The notes beneath the pieces are model-generated. The model had not been told where the DNA came from and searched no databases. It worked only from the letters and a program-made list of their open reading frames with translations. Positions 47,276 through 56,382 of a DNA stretch of 64,000 nucleotides are shown one piece after another (position 1 is the first letter of the stretch; each line of letters opens with the position of its first letter). Location: the NCBI GenBank assembly GCA_038843675.1, contig JAWBRV010000004.1, positions 20,442 through 84,441 on the forward strand. Reading direction: 5' to 3'. The position numbers and the translations under genes were made by a program. Source of the DNA: Candidatus Bathyarchaeia archaeon (GTDB lineage Archaea; Thermoproteota; Bathyarchaeia; 40CM-2-53-6; CALIRQ01).

Positions 47276-48880
47276 ATGGAGCTCGCATCGATCGCTTTCA
47301 ACGTCGCGGGCGGCTTGGCCCTGTTCCTCTACGGCATGGCTTTGATAAGCGGCGGCCTCCAGAAGGCGGCGGGGGATAAGACCAAGAGGATCCTCGAGAG
47401 GATGACCGATAGGCCCATAAAGGGCGTCCTAACGGGCGCTGTTATAACGGCCATCATTCAGAGCAGCAGCGTTACGACAGTCCTCCTCGTGAGCATGACT
47501 AACGCGGGGCTCATGAGCCTGAGGCAGGCCGTAGGGGTCGTCTTCGGGGCCAATATAGGGACGACTGTGACGGCGCAGATAGTGGCCTTCCACATAGGCC
47601 TATACGCCCTCCCGATGATAGCCTTGGGCTTCCCGATCAATTTCCTATCTGGGGAGCCCCTCCGAAAGTACCTCGGCCAAGTGCTTCTAGGATTGGGCTT
47701 CATCTTCTTGGGGATGACGTTCATGGGCTTGGGGGTCAAGCCTCTTCAGAGCCTCTCCTCCTTCATGGGTCTCGTGAGGCTCTTCGGCGATGAGCCCCTC
47801 TGGGGGGTGGCCTCCGGGGCGATCTTCACCGCCGCAATCCAATCCAGCAGCGCGACCGTCGCATTGATAATCGCGATGGCCATGGAAGGGGTCATCGACC
47901 TTCGCGCGGCCGTCCCATTCGTCCTAGGGGCCAACATAGGGACCTGCGCCACGGCGCTGATCGCCTCGATCGGGACGTCCAAGGACGCGAAGAGGGTGGC
48001 CATCATACACCTGCTGTTCAACGTCATCGGCACCGCGATCATGCTCCCCCTCTTGGAGCATTTCGTACGCCTCGCGGCCTTGACGGCCTCGGATCTCCCG
48101 AGGCAGATCGCGAACGCCCATACGCTATTCAACGTGCTCACGACCGCCCTCCTCCTCCCCCTCGCCCCGGCCCTCATATCAATCTCTAAGAAGGCGATCC
48201 CCGGGGAGGATTACGGGATCGAGAGGATCGGGCGCCTCGATAGGAAGATGTTCAAGGTACCCTCCATCGCCCTGGAGCAGGCTAGCAGGGAGGTCGAGCG
48301 AATGGCGAAGATAACGCTCGAGATGTTCTCCCATTCTAGGGAGATCCTTTTCAACGACGACGGGAGTCTTTTCAAGCTCGTTGAGAAGAAGGAGGCTTCG
48401 CTGGACGAGGCGCATCATACGTTGGATCGATACCTGACCGAGCTCTCGGAGAGCTCCATGAGCAAGGGGGAATCGGAGAAGCTCTCCGGCCTGTTGCATA
48501 CGATCACGGATATAGAGAGGATAGGTGATCACGTGAACAACATCTCGGAGATCGGGGTGGCCAAGATAAGGGAGGGGTTGAGGTTCTCGCCCCTAGCGAT
48601 CGAGGAGCTGGCGCATATGTTCGACGAGGTCGAGAGGATGTACGTCGAGGCCATGGAGGCGTTCCTCAAGGGGGATAAGGGACGCGCCTTGAGGGTGACG
48701 AGGATGGGCCCGCGGATAGAGGCCATGAAGGAGAGGTGCATGGAGAACCACCTCGAAAGGCTCAGGAAGAATATATGCTCCCCGAAGGCCGGGATATTGT
48801 TCGTCGACCTCCTGAGGAACTTGGAGAGGATAGCCGATCACTCGGACAACATAGCCCATGCAGCGATATTCGGATTTTAA
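47276..48880 (+). CDS. Na+/phosphate symporter family protein with C-terminal PhoU-like domains
   Basis: Repeated NaPi-II segments (QSSSxT, GANIGTT) and PhoU-like helical repeats. Confidence 0.75.
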   Translation: MELASIAFNVAGGLALFLYGMALISGGLQKAAGDKTKRILERMTDRPIKGVLTGAVITAIIQSSSVTTVLLVSMTNAGLMSLRQAVGVVFGANIGTTVTAQIVAFHIGLYALPMIALGFPINFLSGEPLRKYLGQVLLGLGFIFLGMTFMGLGVKPLQSLSSFMGLVRLFGDEPLWGVASGAIFTAAIQSSSATVALIIAMAMEGVIDLRAAVPFVLGANIGTCATALIASIGTSKDAKRVAIIHLLFNVIGTAIMLPLLEHFVRLAALTASDLPRQIANAHTLFNVLTTALLLPLAPALISISKKAIPGEDYGIERIGRLDRKMFKVPSIALEQASREVERMAKITLEMFSHSREILFNDDGSLFKLVEKKEASLDEAHHTLDRYLTELSESSMSKGESEKLSGLLHTITDIERIGDHVNNISEIGVAKIREGLRFSPLAIEELAHMFDEVERMYVEAMEAFLKGDKGRALRVTRMGPRIEAMKERCMENHLERLRKNICSPKAGILFVDLLRNLERIADHSDNIAHAAIFGF

Positions 48881-49395
48881 GGGGGTCTGAAGCGCGCCAC
48901 ATCGCCTCGGGGCCCACCGATCCCATCGAATATTTGATCGGAGGATAATCATCTGATCCGGACGGACATTTGGGACCGTTTCCGCGTGGTATGCATTAGG
49001 GATCGATTTGAGGTTGAATTATTCAATGATCATGGCCGCGATGAGATCGATCTCAACAGTAGCCTTCGAGCACTTGAGGATGAAAGCCCATTTATAGCGC
49101 CGTTGACCCCCATATGGGGTTCTCCTGAAGGTCTTCTTAAATAAATTCAAATTAAATCAAATAAATCAAACCCGGCCAAAAGGGGCCTTTTCCGTCTCCT
49201 TTCGGCGAAAGGTGCTCAAGAAATCAAAGATCCGGGCGAAATAAGCCGGATGGGATCGAATTGGGGCCCGATGGCCGCGCCGACAATCCCCATGAGCCCG
49301 GTTAAGACTTGGCTGAGCTCAAGGAAATGGGATTGGGCGAGAGGCCCTCGATGCCATAGCCGTTGAATGAAATGGTATATTCCACAGAGCTGAAG

Positions 49396-49548
49396 TGGTA
49401 GCCCGGGGGAGATTCGAACTCCCGTCGGCGGGTTTCCTCGGCGGGCACCGTCCCCATTCCGCCTCCAAAGCCCGCAACTCAAGGGGCTCGCTCAGCCCTT
49501 GCTTGTCCGCTACACTCGGCGCAGGCTAACCTCCTGCTCCACCGGGCT
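49396..49548 (-). tRNA. tRNA-Gln(UUG)-like gene with multiple or long introns
   Basis: 5' AGCCCGG…CCGGGCU-A-CCA 3', T-arm GGGAG-UUCGAAU-CUCCC, anticodon stem-loop GCGGG-CUUUGGA then a 31-nt insert before CCCGC. Confidence 0.6.
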
Positions 49549-49665
49549 GTCCATCCCCGGGCCGATCTGGGTTTTCGGGGGCCCAATTAAAACCTTATCC
49601 AAGGGGCGGCCAGCCATTGAAAGCCGTTTTTATTCCACCGCCCCCGAACCAGCGATCGATGGGCT

Positions 49666-50631
49666 ATGGAAAGGGATGCGGAGGAGATAAGGGATCACGA
49701 GCTCTTCGAGGGGATTACGGCTAGGGATTTGGTTAAGCAGATGAAGGCCGCTTGGGGCTTCACGGCCGGGAAGCTGGCGCTTGGGGTCGAGATATTGGGG
49801 GAGATGGTCCGAGATGGGGATTGCGTCCGCCTCCTCTCCTTCCCGGCCTGCATAGTGGCGACGGGGACGCGGGGGGTCCTGAGGGATCTATTGAGGAGGC
49901 GATTGTTCGACGCCGTCGTTACGACCTGCGGGACCCTAGATCATGACATCGCTAGGAGCTGGGGCGCTTATTACAGGGGATCCTTCGATATGGACGATGA
50001 GTCCCTATATGATAGGGGCATCAACCGCCTCGGCAACGTCCTGATCCCCAACGAGAGCTATGGGGCCTTGATAGAGAAAAAGATGCGCGAGCTGCTAACG
50101 GATCTTTGGGATAAGGGCATTAGGTCCATATCCACGCGCGAGCTCTGCTGGGAGATGGGCCGGAGGATCTGCTCCAAGGATTCCCTGCTATATTGGGCGG
50201 CGGAGAACCGGATCCCGTTCTTCATACCGGGCATCACGGACGGGGCGGTCGGCCATCAGATATGGATCTTCTCCCAAACCCATCCGCTGGCGATCGATCT
50301 CTGGAGGGATGAGCGCGAGCTCGGGGATTTGATCTTCTCCAAGCGGAGGGCGGGGGCCTTGGTGATAGGCGGGGGGATATCGAAACATCATACGATCTGG
50401 TGGAGCCAATTCAGGGGGGGCTTGGACTACGCCGTATATTTGACCAGCGCGGTCGAATGGGATGGGAGCCTCTCCGGGGCTAGGGTAAAGGAGGCCGTTT
50501 CTTGGGGGAAGGTGAAGAAGGGGGCCAAGAGGGTCACCGTGGAGGGGGAGGCGACCGTCCTATTGGCCTTGATGATCGCCTCCCTGCTTACGGAGCTTGG
50601 GGAGGGGGCCCCAAAGGCGAAAAGGGTATAA
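49666..50631 (+). CDS. dys: Deoxyhypusine synthase
   Basis: GGGISKHH motif and DHS-family Rossmann architecture. Confidence 0.75.
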   Translation: MERDAEEIRDHELFEGITARDLVKQMKAAWGFTAGKLALGVEILGEMVRDGDCVRLLSFPACIVATGTRGVLRDLLRRRLFDAVVTTCGTLDHDIARSWGAYYRGSFDMDDESLYDRGINRLGNVLIPNESYGALIEKKMRELLTDLWDKGIRSISTRELCWEMGRRICSKDSLLYWAAENRIPFFIPGITDGAVGHQIWIFSQTHPLAIDLWRDERELGDLIFSKRRAGALVIGGGISKHHTIWWSQFRGGLDYAVYLTSAVEWDGSLSGARVKEAVSWGKVKKGAKRVTVEGEATVLLALMIASLLTELGEGAPKAKRV

Positions 50632-50663
50632 ATCCCGATCCGGGGATCTTGCCCCGAGGGGAG

Positions 50664-50918
50664 ATGGCGGATCGAGCGCTGTTCGACTTGGGCCTCCTCT
50701 TGGTGATCTCCGGGTTCGCGCTCGCCTTCATCGCCTTCCTATCGCTCCTCGCCTCCTCCATCCGGGGCGGGGTCAGGGGGGGAGGGGCGATCCTCATAGG
50801 GCCGATACCGATAATCTTCGGGACAGAGGGGTTCCCCAAGGCCCTCCTGCTGTTCGCGTTGGCGATTGCGGCGATCTTCGCGCTTACGGCGATCCTGCCG
50901 TTCCTCTGGAGGGGATAG
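50664..50918 (+). CDS. Small membrane protein (IGPIPIIFGT motif)
   Basis: 84 aa, 2-3 TM helices; paralogous to the C-terminal part of the next gene. Confidence 0.45.
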   Translation: MADRALFDLGLLLVISGFALAFIAFLSLLASSIRGGVRGGGAILIGPIPIIFGTEGFPKALLLFALAIAAIFALTAILPFLWRG

Positions 50919-50920
50919 CT

Positions 50921-51337
50921 ATGGGGAGCCCAATCGCCTGCGAGGTCTGCGGAGCCGGCGAGGCGAGGTACGTCTGCCGCCTTTGCAATAGGAGGGTTTG
51001 CGAAAGATGCCTCAACCCGAGGGATTGGACCTGCTTGGAGTGCAAGGCTGCGGGCGCGCTGGCGGAGGGGCCCGGCGGATTTGGCCCTTGGACGCTGAAC
51101 CTCCCCTTTATCGCCTTCCTCCTGAGCTTCGCGCTGATATTCATAGGCATGTTGTTGATCGCCCTCTCATCGGCGGGGGGCCAAGGGTTCGGCTTGATAA
51201 TGATAGGGCCGATACCCATAATCCTCGGGACCGGCTCGGGGATCCCTTGGAGGGCCCTTTCGGCGATCGCCCTAATCCTATCGCTCGCGTTCCTGATCTA
51301 TGCCTTGATTAGGGGCCGAAGGGGCATTGGGGCCTAA
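50921..51337 (+). CDS. Zinc-ribbon plus membrane protein (IGPIPIILGT motif)
   Basis: N-terminal CEVCG…CRLC…C…CLEC ribbon then TM helices resembling the upstream small protein. Confidence 0.5.
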   Translation: MGSPIACEVCGAGEARYVCRLCNRRVCERCLNPRDWTCLECKAAGALAEGPGGFGPWTLNLPFIAFLLSFALIFIGMLLIALSSAGGQGFGLIMIGPIPIILGTGSGIPWRALSAIALILSLAFLIYALIRGRRGIGA

Positions 51338-51346
51338 GGGGCCCCT

Positions 51347-52102
51347 TCACTTATACGCCCTCACCTTGATGCTCGCGATCCTCCCCGCCGGGGCATCGCC
51401 CAACAACAGCTCGTAGAACGGATCTTGGGAAAGGACCTCTATATCCCTGAACCCCGCCCTCCCAATCGCCTCCAAGTACTCCCCTCTCCCCATGGCCCCG
51501 GCGATGCATCCAGCCCAAGCCTCCGGATCCTCCCTGATCCGATCCGGCAATCTCCCCTCCGCCACAACATCGGAAATCGAGATCCTCCCGCCGGGCCTCA
51601 GGACCCTATGCGCCTCCCGATATACCCGAAGCTTATCCGTGGATAGGTTGATGGCGCAATTGCTGATGACCGCGTCGATGGAATTGTCCCTCACCGGCAG
51701 GTTCTCCATATCCCCGACCAAAAACTCCACATTCCAATATCCATGCCTTCTAGCCAACTCATTTGCCCTCTGGGCCATGTCGCCCGCTATATCGAGCCCG
51801 ATGACGTAGCCCCTCGGCCCCACCTTGATCGCGGCCAAGAAGGCATCGAGTCCCGAGCCCGCCCCCAAGTCCAAAATCCTTTCCCCTTCCTTCAAATCCG
51901 CCAATGCCGTTGGATTCCCGCAGCCCAAACCCATAATGGCTCCTTTGGGCATCCCCCTCAGCTCTTCCTCGGAGTAGCCCATCCCCTTCGCCCGATCGGT
52001 TGAATCGGGGCCACAAGGGCCGCAGGTCGGGCAACAACTATCGCCCTTTTTGGCGATCTCGGAATACCTCCCCCTCACGATTTCCTTTATCTCCTCCCCC
52101 AT
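51347..52102 (-). CDS. arsM: Arsenite S-adenosylmethionine methyltransferase-like (ArsM/Cyt19 family)
   Basis: N-terminal Cys pair (CCPTCGPC), GLGCGNPTALA…LDLGAGSG SAM motif, later conserved Cys. Confidence 0.65.
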   Translation of the reverse strand: MGEEIKEIVRGRYSEIAKKGDSCCPTCGPCGPDSTDRAKGMGYSEEELRGMPKGAIMGLGCGNPTALADLKEGERILDLGAGSGLDAFLAAIKVGPRGYVIGLDIAGDMAQRANELARRHGYWNVEFLVGDMENLPVRDNSIDAVISNCAINLSTDKLRVYREAHRVLRPGGRISISDVVAEGRLPDRIREDPEAWAGCIAGAMGRGEYLEAIGRAGFRDIEVLSQDPFYELLLGDAPAGRIASIKVRAYK

Positions 52103-52117
52103 TTCCCACTCCTCGCC

Positions 52118-52393
52118 TCAGGCCCGCCCCAAGTTGAAGGGCTTGCCGGATTCCGCTACGCCCTCTGGGAGCCTATCCTTCCACTTCTTGAGGAAGCTCA
52201 AATCCTCTTCCTCCTTCCTGAGCTCGTCCGGGAGCATATGCGGTATGCCCTCGATTATGGGATAATACCTCATGCAGGCCCTGCAGGTTATCAGGCCCTC
52301 CTCGATCTCCTCCCCCTCCTCGAATACGGATAATTCGAGATCCGGGTTCTTGCAAATGGGGCATGCGAGATAATCCATTAGCCTCCTCTTCAA
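52118..52393 (-). CDS. trm112: Trm112-family zinc-ribbon protein
   Basis: LACPICK…CRAC ribbon; 91 aa. Confidence 0.65.
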   Translation of the reverse strand: MKRRLMDYLACPICKNPDLELSVFEEGEEIEEGLITCRACMRYYPIIEGIPHMLPDELRKEEEDLSFLKKWKDRLPEGVAESGKPFNLGRA

Positions 52394-52459
52394 CTCCCGA
52401 TCCCCGATTCCCTTCCTCGCCCTAGCCGGGTATTAAAATTATGAAGCGGCCCGCGGCGC

Positions 52460-53842
52460 TCACTTGGACCAGATCCCCCTCCCCACGCCCCTATAGACGA
52501 ACCCGGCCCTCTCGGCCTCCGCTGGATCGATTATATGGGCGCAATCCACCAAGCAGGGGGATTTCGCCATGCTCGATGCCAAGCCCCTGAGATCGAGGGC
52601 CTTGAACTCGTCATGCGGCACCGTTATGATCGCGCAATGAGCCCCCGAAACAGTTTGGAGCAGGGTCGGCTCGGAGTTGAGGCCCATCTTCGAGAGCTCC
52701 GCCCTAGAGAAGTAGGGATCATAGGCCTTGACGATAGCCCCCCTCCTCGATAGGATCTTAGCCAGCTCCAAGGAGGGCGAGAGCCTCGCCTCCTTTACGT
52801 TCGCCCTGAACGACACTCCGAGTATGCAAATCTTGGCCCTCCTGAGGGGCCTCCCGCCGACCTTGAGAGCATCAGCGCAAAGCCTAACGACGTGCCTTGG
52901 CATATCCTCATTCAAATGCCTCGACTCCATTATCAGCCTCAAGGTGACGCCGTGCTCGCTCGCGGAGGATGCCAATAGGTAGGGATAAACGGGGAGGCAA
53001 TGCCCCCCGACGCCCGCGCCGGGGACGTGGAGATGTGAATAGGGCTGGGTATTCGCCGCCTTCATCGCCTCCATATAATCGATCCCGAGCCTCTCGCTCA
53101 GGATCGCCAGCTCGTTCGCGAGGGCTATGTTCACGTCCCTATAAACGGCCTCGAAGAGCTTCGTGGCCTCCGCGGTCCTTATATCCCTCACCTTGATGAC
53201 GCCTCCCTTCGTCATGACCTCCTTTATCGCGGCGGCTGCCTCGAGGCTTTTGATATCTATGCCGCCGACAACCCTTGGATATGTTTGGAGATCCTGTAGC
53301 GCCCTTCCCGCCATGGCCCTTATGGGGCTATGGGCCAGACCGTAATCTCGCCCCGCCTTGAGGCCCGACGCCTTCTCGATGGTCCCGCCGACGACGCTCT
53401 CGGTCACCCCCGGGCCGCAGGTGCTCTCCAATATCACCAATGACCCCGCTTCCATCCCCTCGGCTATGCCCTTGGATGCCCTCTCTATGGCCCTATAATC
53501 CGCCCCCCCATCCCTTCCAACGCCCGTTGGCACTATTATGATGAATGCATCGCTTTCGGCCGCGGCCGCGGTTATATCCGATGTAGCCTCGAACCTCCCG
53601 CTCTTGATCAACTTCTCCAATAGCTGCTCGAGCCCCGGCTCGTGGATTACGGGCTCGCCATTCGAGATAGCCCGAACAACCTCCTCATCAGAATCGATCC
53701 CTATGACCTTGGCGCCTCTATCGGCGAGTATGCAAGCCGTTGGAAGGCCCATCCACCCTAGGCCCACGACGGCTATGCGCAAGCTCCCGGAGGCTATGGC
53801 GCTTTTTATCTCCTCCGGGACCATCCCCATCAGGTTGCTCAA
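52460..53842 (-). CDS. Nucleotide-sugar 6-dehydrogenase (UDP-glucose/UDP-ManNAc dehydrogenase family)
   Basis: N-terminal Rossmann VVGLGWMGLP and catalytic GGHCLP. Confidence 0.8.
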   Translation of the reverse strand: MSNLMGMVPEEIKSAIASGSLRIAVVGLGWMGLPTACILADRGAKVIGIDSDEEVVRAISNGEPVIHEPGLEQLLEKLIKSGRFEATSDITAAAAESDAFIIIVPTGVGRDGGADYRAIERASKGIAEGMEAGSLVILESTCGPGVTESVVGGTIEKASGLKAGRDYGLAHSPIRAMAGRALQDLQTYPRVVGGIDIKSLEAAAAIKEVMTKGGVIKVRDIRTAEATKLFEAVYRDVNIALANELAILSERLGIDYMEAMKAANTQPYSHLHVPGAGVGGHCLPVYPYLLASSASEHGVTLRLIMESRHLNEDMPRHVVRLCADALKVGGRPLRRAKICILGVSFRANVKEARLSPSLELAKILSRRGAIVKAYDPYFSRAELSKMGLNSEPTLLQTVSGAHCAIITVPHDEFKALDLRGLASSMAKSPCLVDCAHIIDPAEAERAGFVYRGVGRGIWSK

Positions 53843-54057
53843 GCCCCTCCCAGCCCGCCCGGATCGGCCGGGCGTTTGGAAGCTCCGCGATATCCATTAA
53901 AGGCTTTCCGAGGGCGCGGAATTCGGATGGAGCCCATCGGGAATCGATGCACCTTCCTCATTGCTCGGCGTTTTGGCCGTTGCCGGATGGCCCAACCGGA
54001 AACGGGCGATTTTAAATAAAAAGGGGTCGCAGATCCCGCGGTCATTGGTGGGCTGAG

Positions 54058-55095
54058 TTGCGGGTGTGGCTCGATGTATTAACACCAAAGCAGGCGAACA
54101 TGCTCGGCATCCTCGCCGATAGGCTCTCCAGCGCGGGCGCCGAAGTCAAGATCACGGCGAGGCGTTATCGGGAGCTGACCCAATTGCTGAGGATCAGGGG
54201 GATCAAGGCCAAGATCCTCGGGGAGCATGGAGGCGGCGATCTATATTCGAAGCTAACGGCGAGCGCCGAGAGGGTCCTTTTGCTCACGAAGTTCGCCAAA
54301 CGCTTCGCGCCCGATTTAGCCGTTTCGTTCTCATCTCCCGAATGCGCAAGGGTCGCATTCGGCTTGGGGGTAGGGCATTATTGTATTAGTGATTCTCCGC
54401 ATGCAGTCGCCGTTTCGAAGCTCACGATACCGATCTCTGAGAAACTCTTCTCGCCTAAGGTCATCCCAAAGGCGGCTTGGGAGCGATACGGCATGCCCCG
54501 GGATTCAATAATCCAATATGATGCGCTCGACCCCGCGGCTTGGATAAAGGCCCGTTCGCCTAAGTTGGCTCCGGAGGACGGCCTTGTGGTCTTCAGGCCG
54601 GAGGAGGCGAGGGCCGCGTATTTGCTGAGGGAGGGTAGCGATCTCGCCTTCATTAAGGAGTTCCTGAAGCGCCTCCTCGAGCTCGATGCGAGGGCCAAGG
54701 TACTAATCGCCCCTAGGTACGATCCGGCGGAGTTCTTGGTTTTGGAAAGGGCCTTCCGGAACGTCTCCATCCTCAGATCCGTTGTGGATGGCGTGGAGCT
54801 CCTTCGTCGGGCCTCGGCATTCGTTGGAAGGGGCGGCACGATGACCGCCGAGGCGGCCTTGATGGGGGTCCCAACGATTTCTTGTTATCCATCGGCCCCG
54901 ACGTTCGTCGAAAGGTACTTAATCAGAGTAGGGCTCGTGAGGAGGATCATGGATCCTAAAAGGGCGGCCGAGGCTGCGGCGAAGGTCTTGAGGGACCCAT
55001 CTCATAGGGCCAAGATGGGCGAGCTCGCCTCCGAGCTCCTTTCGAAAATGGAGGATCCGATAGAGGTTATAGCGAGGGGGATCTTAAGCCGCTGA
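54058..55095 (+). CDS. DUF354-family protein (GT-B-like)
   Basis: Archaeal DUF354-like architecture; 345 aa. Confidence 0.5.
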   Translation: MRVWLDVLTPKQANMLGILADRLSSAGAEVKITARRYRELTQLLRIRGIKAKILGEHGGGDLYSKLTASAERVLLLTKFAKRFAPDLAVSFSSPECARVAFGLGVGHYCISDSPHAVAVSKLTIPISEKLFSPKVIPKAAWERYGMPRDSIIQYDALDPAAWIKARSPKLAPEDGLVVFRPEEARAAYLLREGSDLAFIKEFLKRLLELDARAKVLIAPRYDPAEFLVLERAFRNVSILRSVVDGVELLRRASAFVGRGGTMTAEAALMGVPTISCYPSAPTFVERYLIRVGLVRRIMDPKRAAEAAAKVLRDPSHRAKMGELASELLSKMEDPIEVIARGILSR

Positions 55096-55335
55096 GCCTC
55101 GCCGTCGGACCCTCCTCCAAAAATATAGCTCCGTCGCCCTCTTCCAAAAGTAAAGCCAAGCTAAGATGGAGATTATCCCGATCGCGATCTTCGCCGCATT
55201 AGCGGCGGCGAGCCAGATGAGCCCCTCCTTGGGGCTCGGGATGGGGATCACCACTATCAACAATAGGTACAGCTCGGCCATGAGGAGGCCCCATACGGAC
55301 GCCATTATCAAGGCGATTTCCAAAACCCTCTTCAA
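55084..55335 (-). CDS. Small membrane protein
   Basis: 83 aa, two hydrophobic helices; 7 nt downstream of the GT4 gene on the same strand. Confidence 0.35.
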   Translation of the reverse strand: MKRVLEIALIMASVWGLLMAELYLLLIVVIPIPSPKEGLIWLAAANAAKIAIGIISILAWLYFWKRATELYFWRRVRRRGSAA

Positions 55336-55341
55336 CGCCTT

Positions 55342-56358
55342 TCACCTGGGGATCAGGGCCGCGAAGGTCAGGATTGCCAAAGCGGAGGATATGGTCGTTA
55401 GGGCCGCCATGGCCTTGACTACCTCCCACTCCCTAAGGGGCCCATCGGCGAGTATGATCCTCGCGAGCGTGATCGGGGCAGCCTTCTCCGAGGTGGCGGC
55501 TAATCTCCCATCGGCCTCCAACCTCACGGGCCTCCGCTTTGCTTGCCTGCGCTCGTAAAGGCCCCCCATCGAGGATAGCCCATAAAAGGCGTTCATTATA
55601 TGGGGCATCATGGCGACGGCCGTCGGGACCTCTATACCGCCGATTATGGCCAAGGCCCCGATCGATGCGCCGACGCAGAGATCCCCCACGTCGCCGATGA
55701 ATACCTTGGCTGGATATCGGTTGAGGCGATGGAGGGCCAAGAGGGAGCCCAAGAGGGCGAGCGGGAGAGGGACGAGATCCCATTTGCCCGAGAGCGATAG
55801 GAGCAGGGCCATGGTGGCGAGGATTATGCTGCAGGTCCCTGTCATGCTCCCGTTGAATACGTCCATCATGTTCACGGCGTTGGCCGTGACGGATATGCCC
55901 AGCGGTATGGCCAATGGATAAACCAGCGTCAACCTCACCCTCCCTATGAAGGGGAGGGATGGGAATGGGGAATAGGCCCTCAGGGCCAATATCGGAATCG
56001 CAGCCGAGGTCAACAGCAAGGGCTTCAGCCTCGGCCCCATGGGCTTCAGATCATCCCTCGCCCCAATTATGGCCGAGATCAGGGCTGCCCCGAGGAGGGC
56101 CAAGGCCGGGCTCGCCGCTTGTGGGCCCGAGAAGGGGATTAGGGCGAGGGTGCAGATTGTCATCGATATCGGAACGGCCAACCCGCACATCTCCGGAAGC
56201 AATGGCCTCCCAGGCTTATGCACATCCTCTCCAACGATCCCCTTTTTGCGGAGGGCCTTTGAGAGGAGCGGCAATAGGGCTTGGGTGGATAGGAAGCCCA
56301 GCGCGAATAGGGCCGATGCCGCTGGCGCCGCCGAGGTTGGATCCAATGCCCTCGCCAA
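55342..56358 (-). CDS. Glycosyltransferase family 4 polyprenyl-phosphate hexose-1-P transferase (AglH/WecA/MraY-like)
   Basis: Multi-TM with VNMMDVFNG motif. Confidence 0.7.
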   Translation of the reverse strand: MARALDPTSAAPAASALFALGFLSTQALLPLLSKALRKKGIVGEDVHKPGRPLLPEMCGLAVPISMTICTLALIPFSGPQAASPALALLGAALISAIIGARDDLKPMGPRLKPLLLTSAAIPILALRAYSPFPSLPFIGRVRLTLVYPLAIPLGISVTANAVNMMDVFNGSMTGTCSIILATMALLLSLSGKWDLVPLPLALLGSLLALHRLNRYPAKVFIGDVGDLCVGASIGALAIIGGIEVPTAVAMMPHIMNAFYGLSSMGGLYERRQAKRRPVRLEADGRLAATSEKAAPITLARIILADGPLREWEVVKAMAALTTISSALAILTFAALIPR

Positions 56359-56382
56359 TCCAAGCCTAACCGATCGAGGCCC

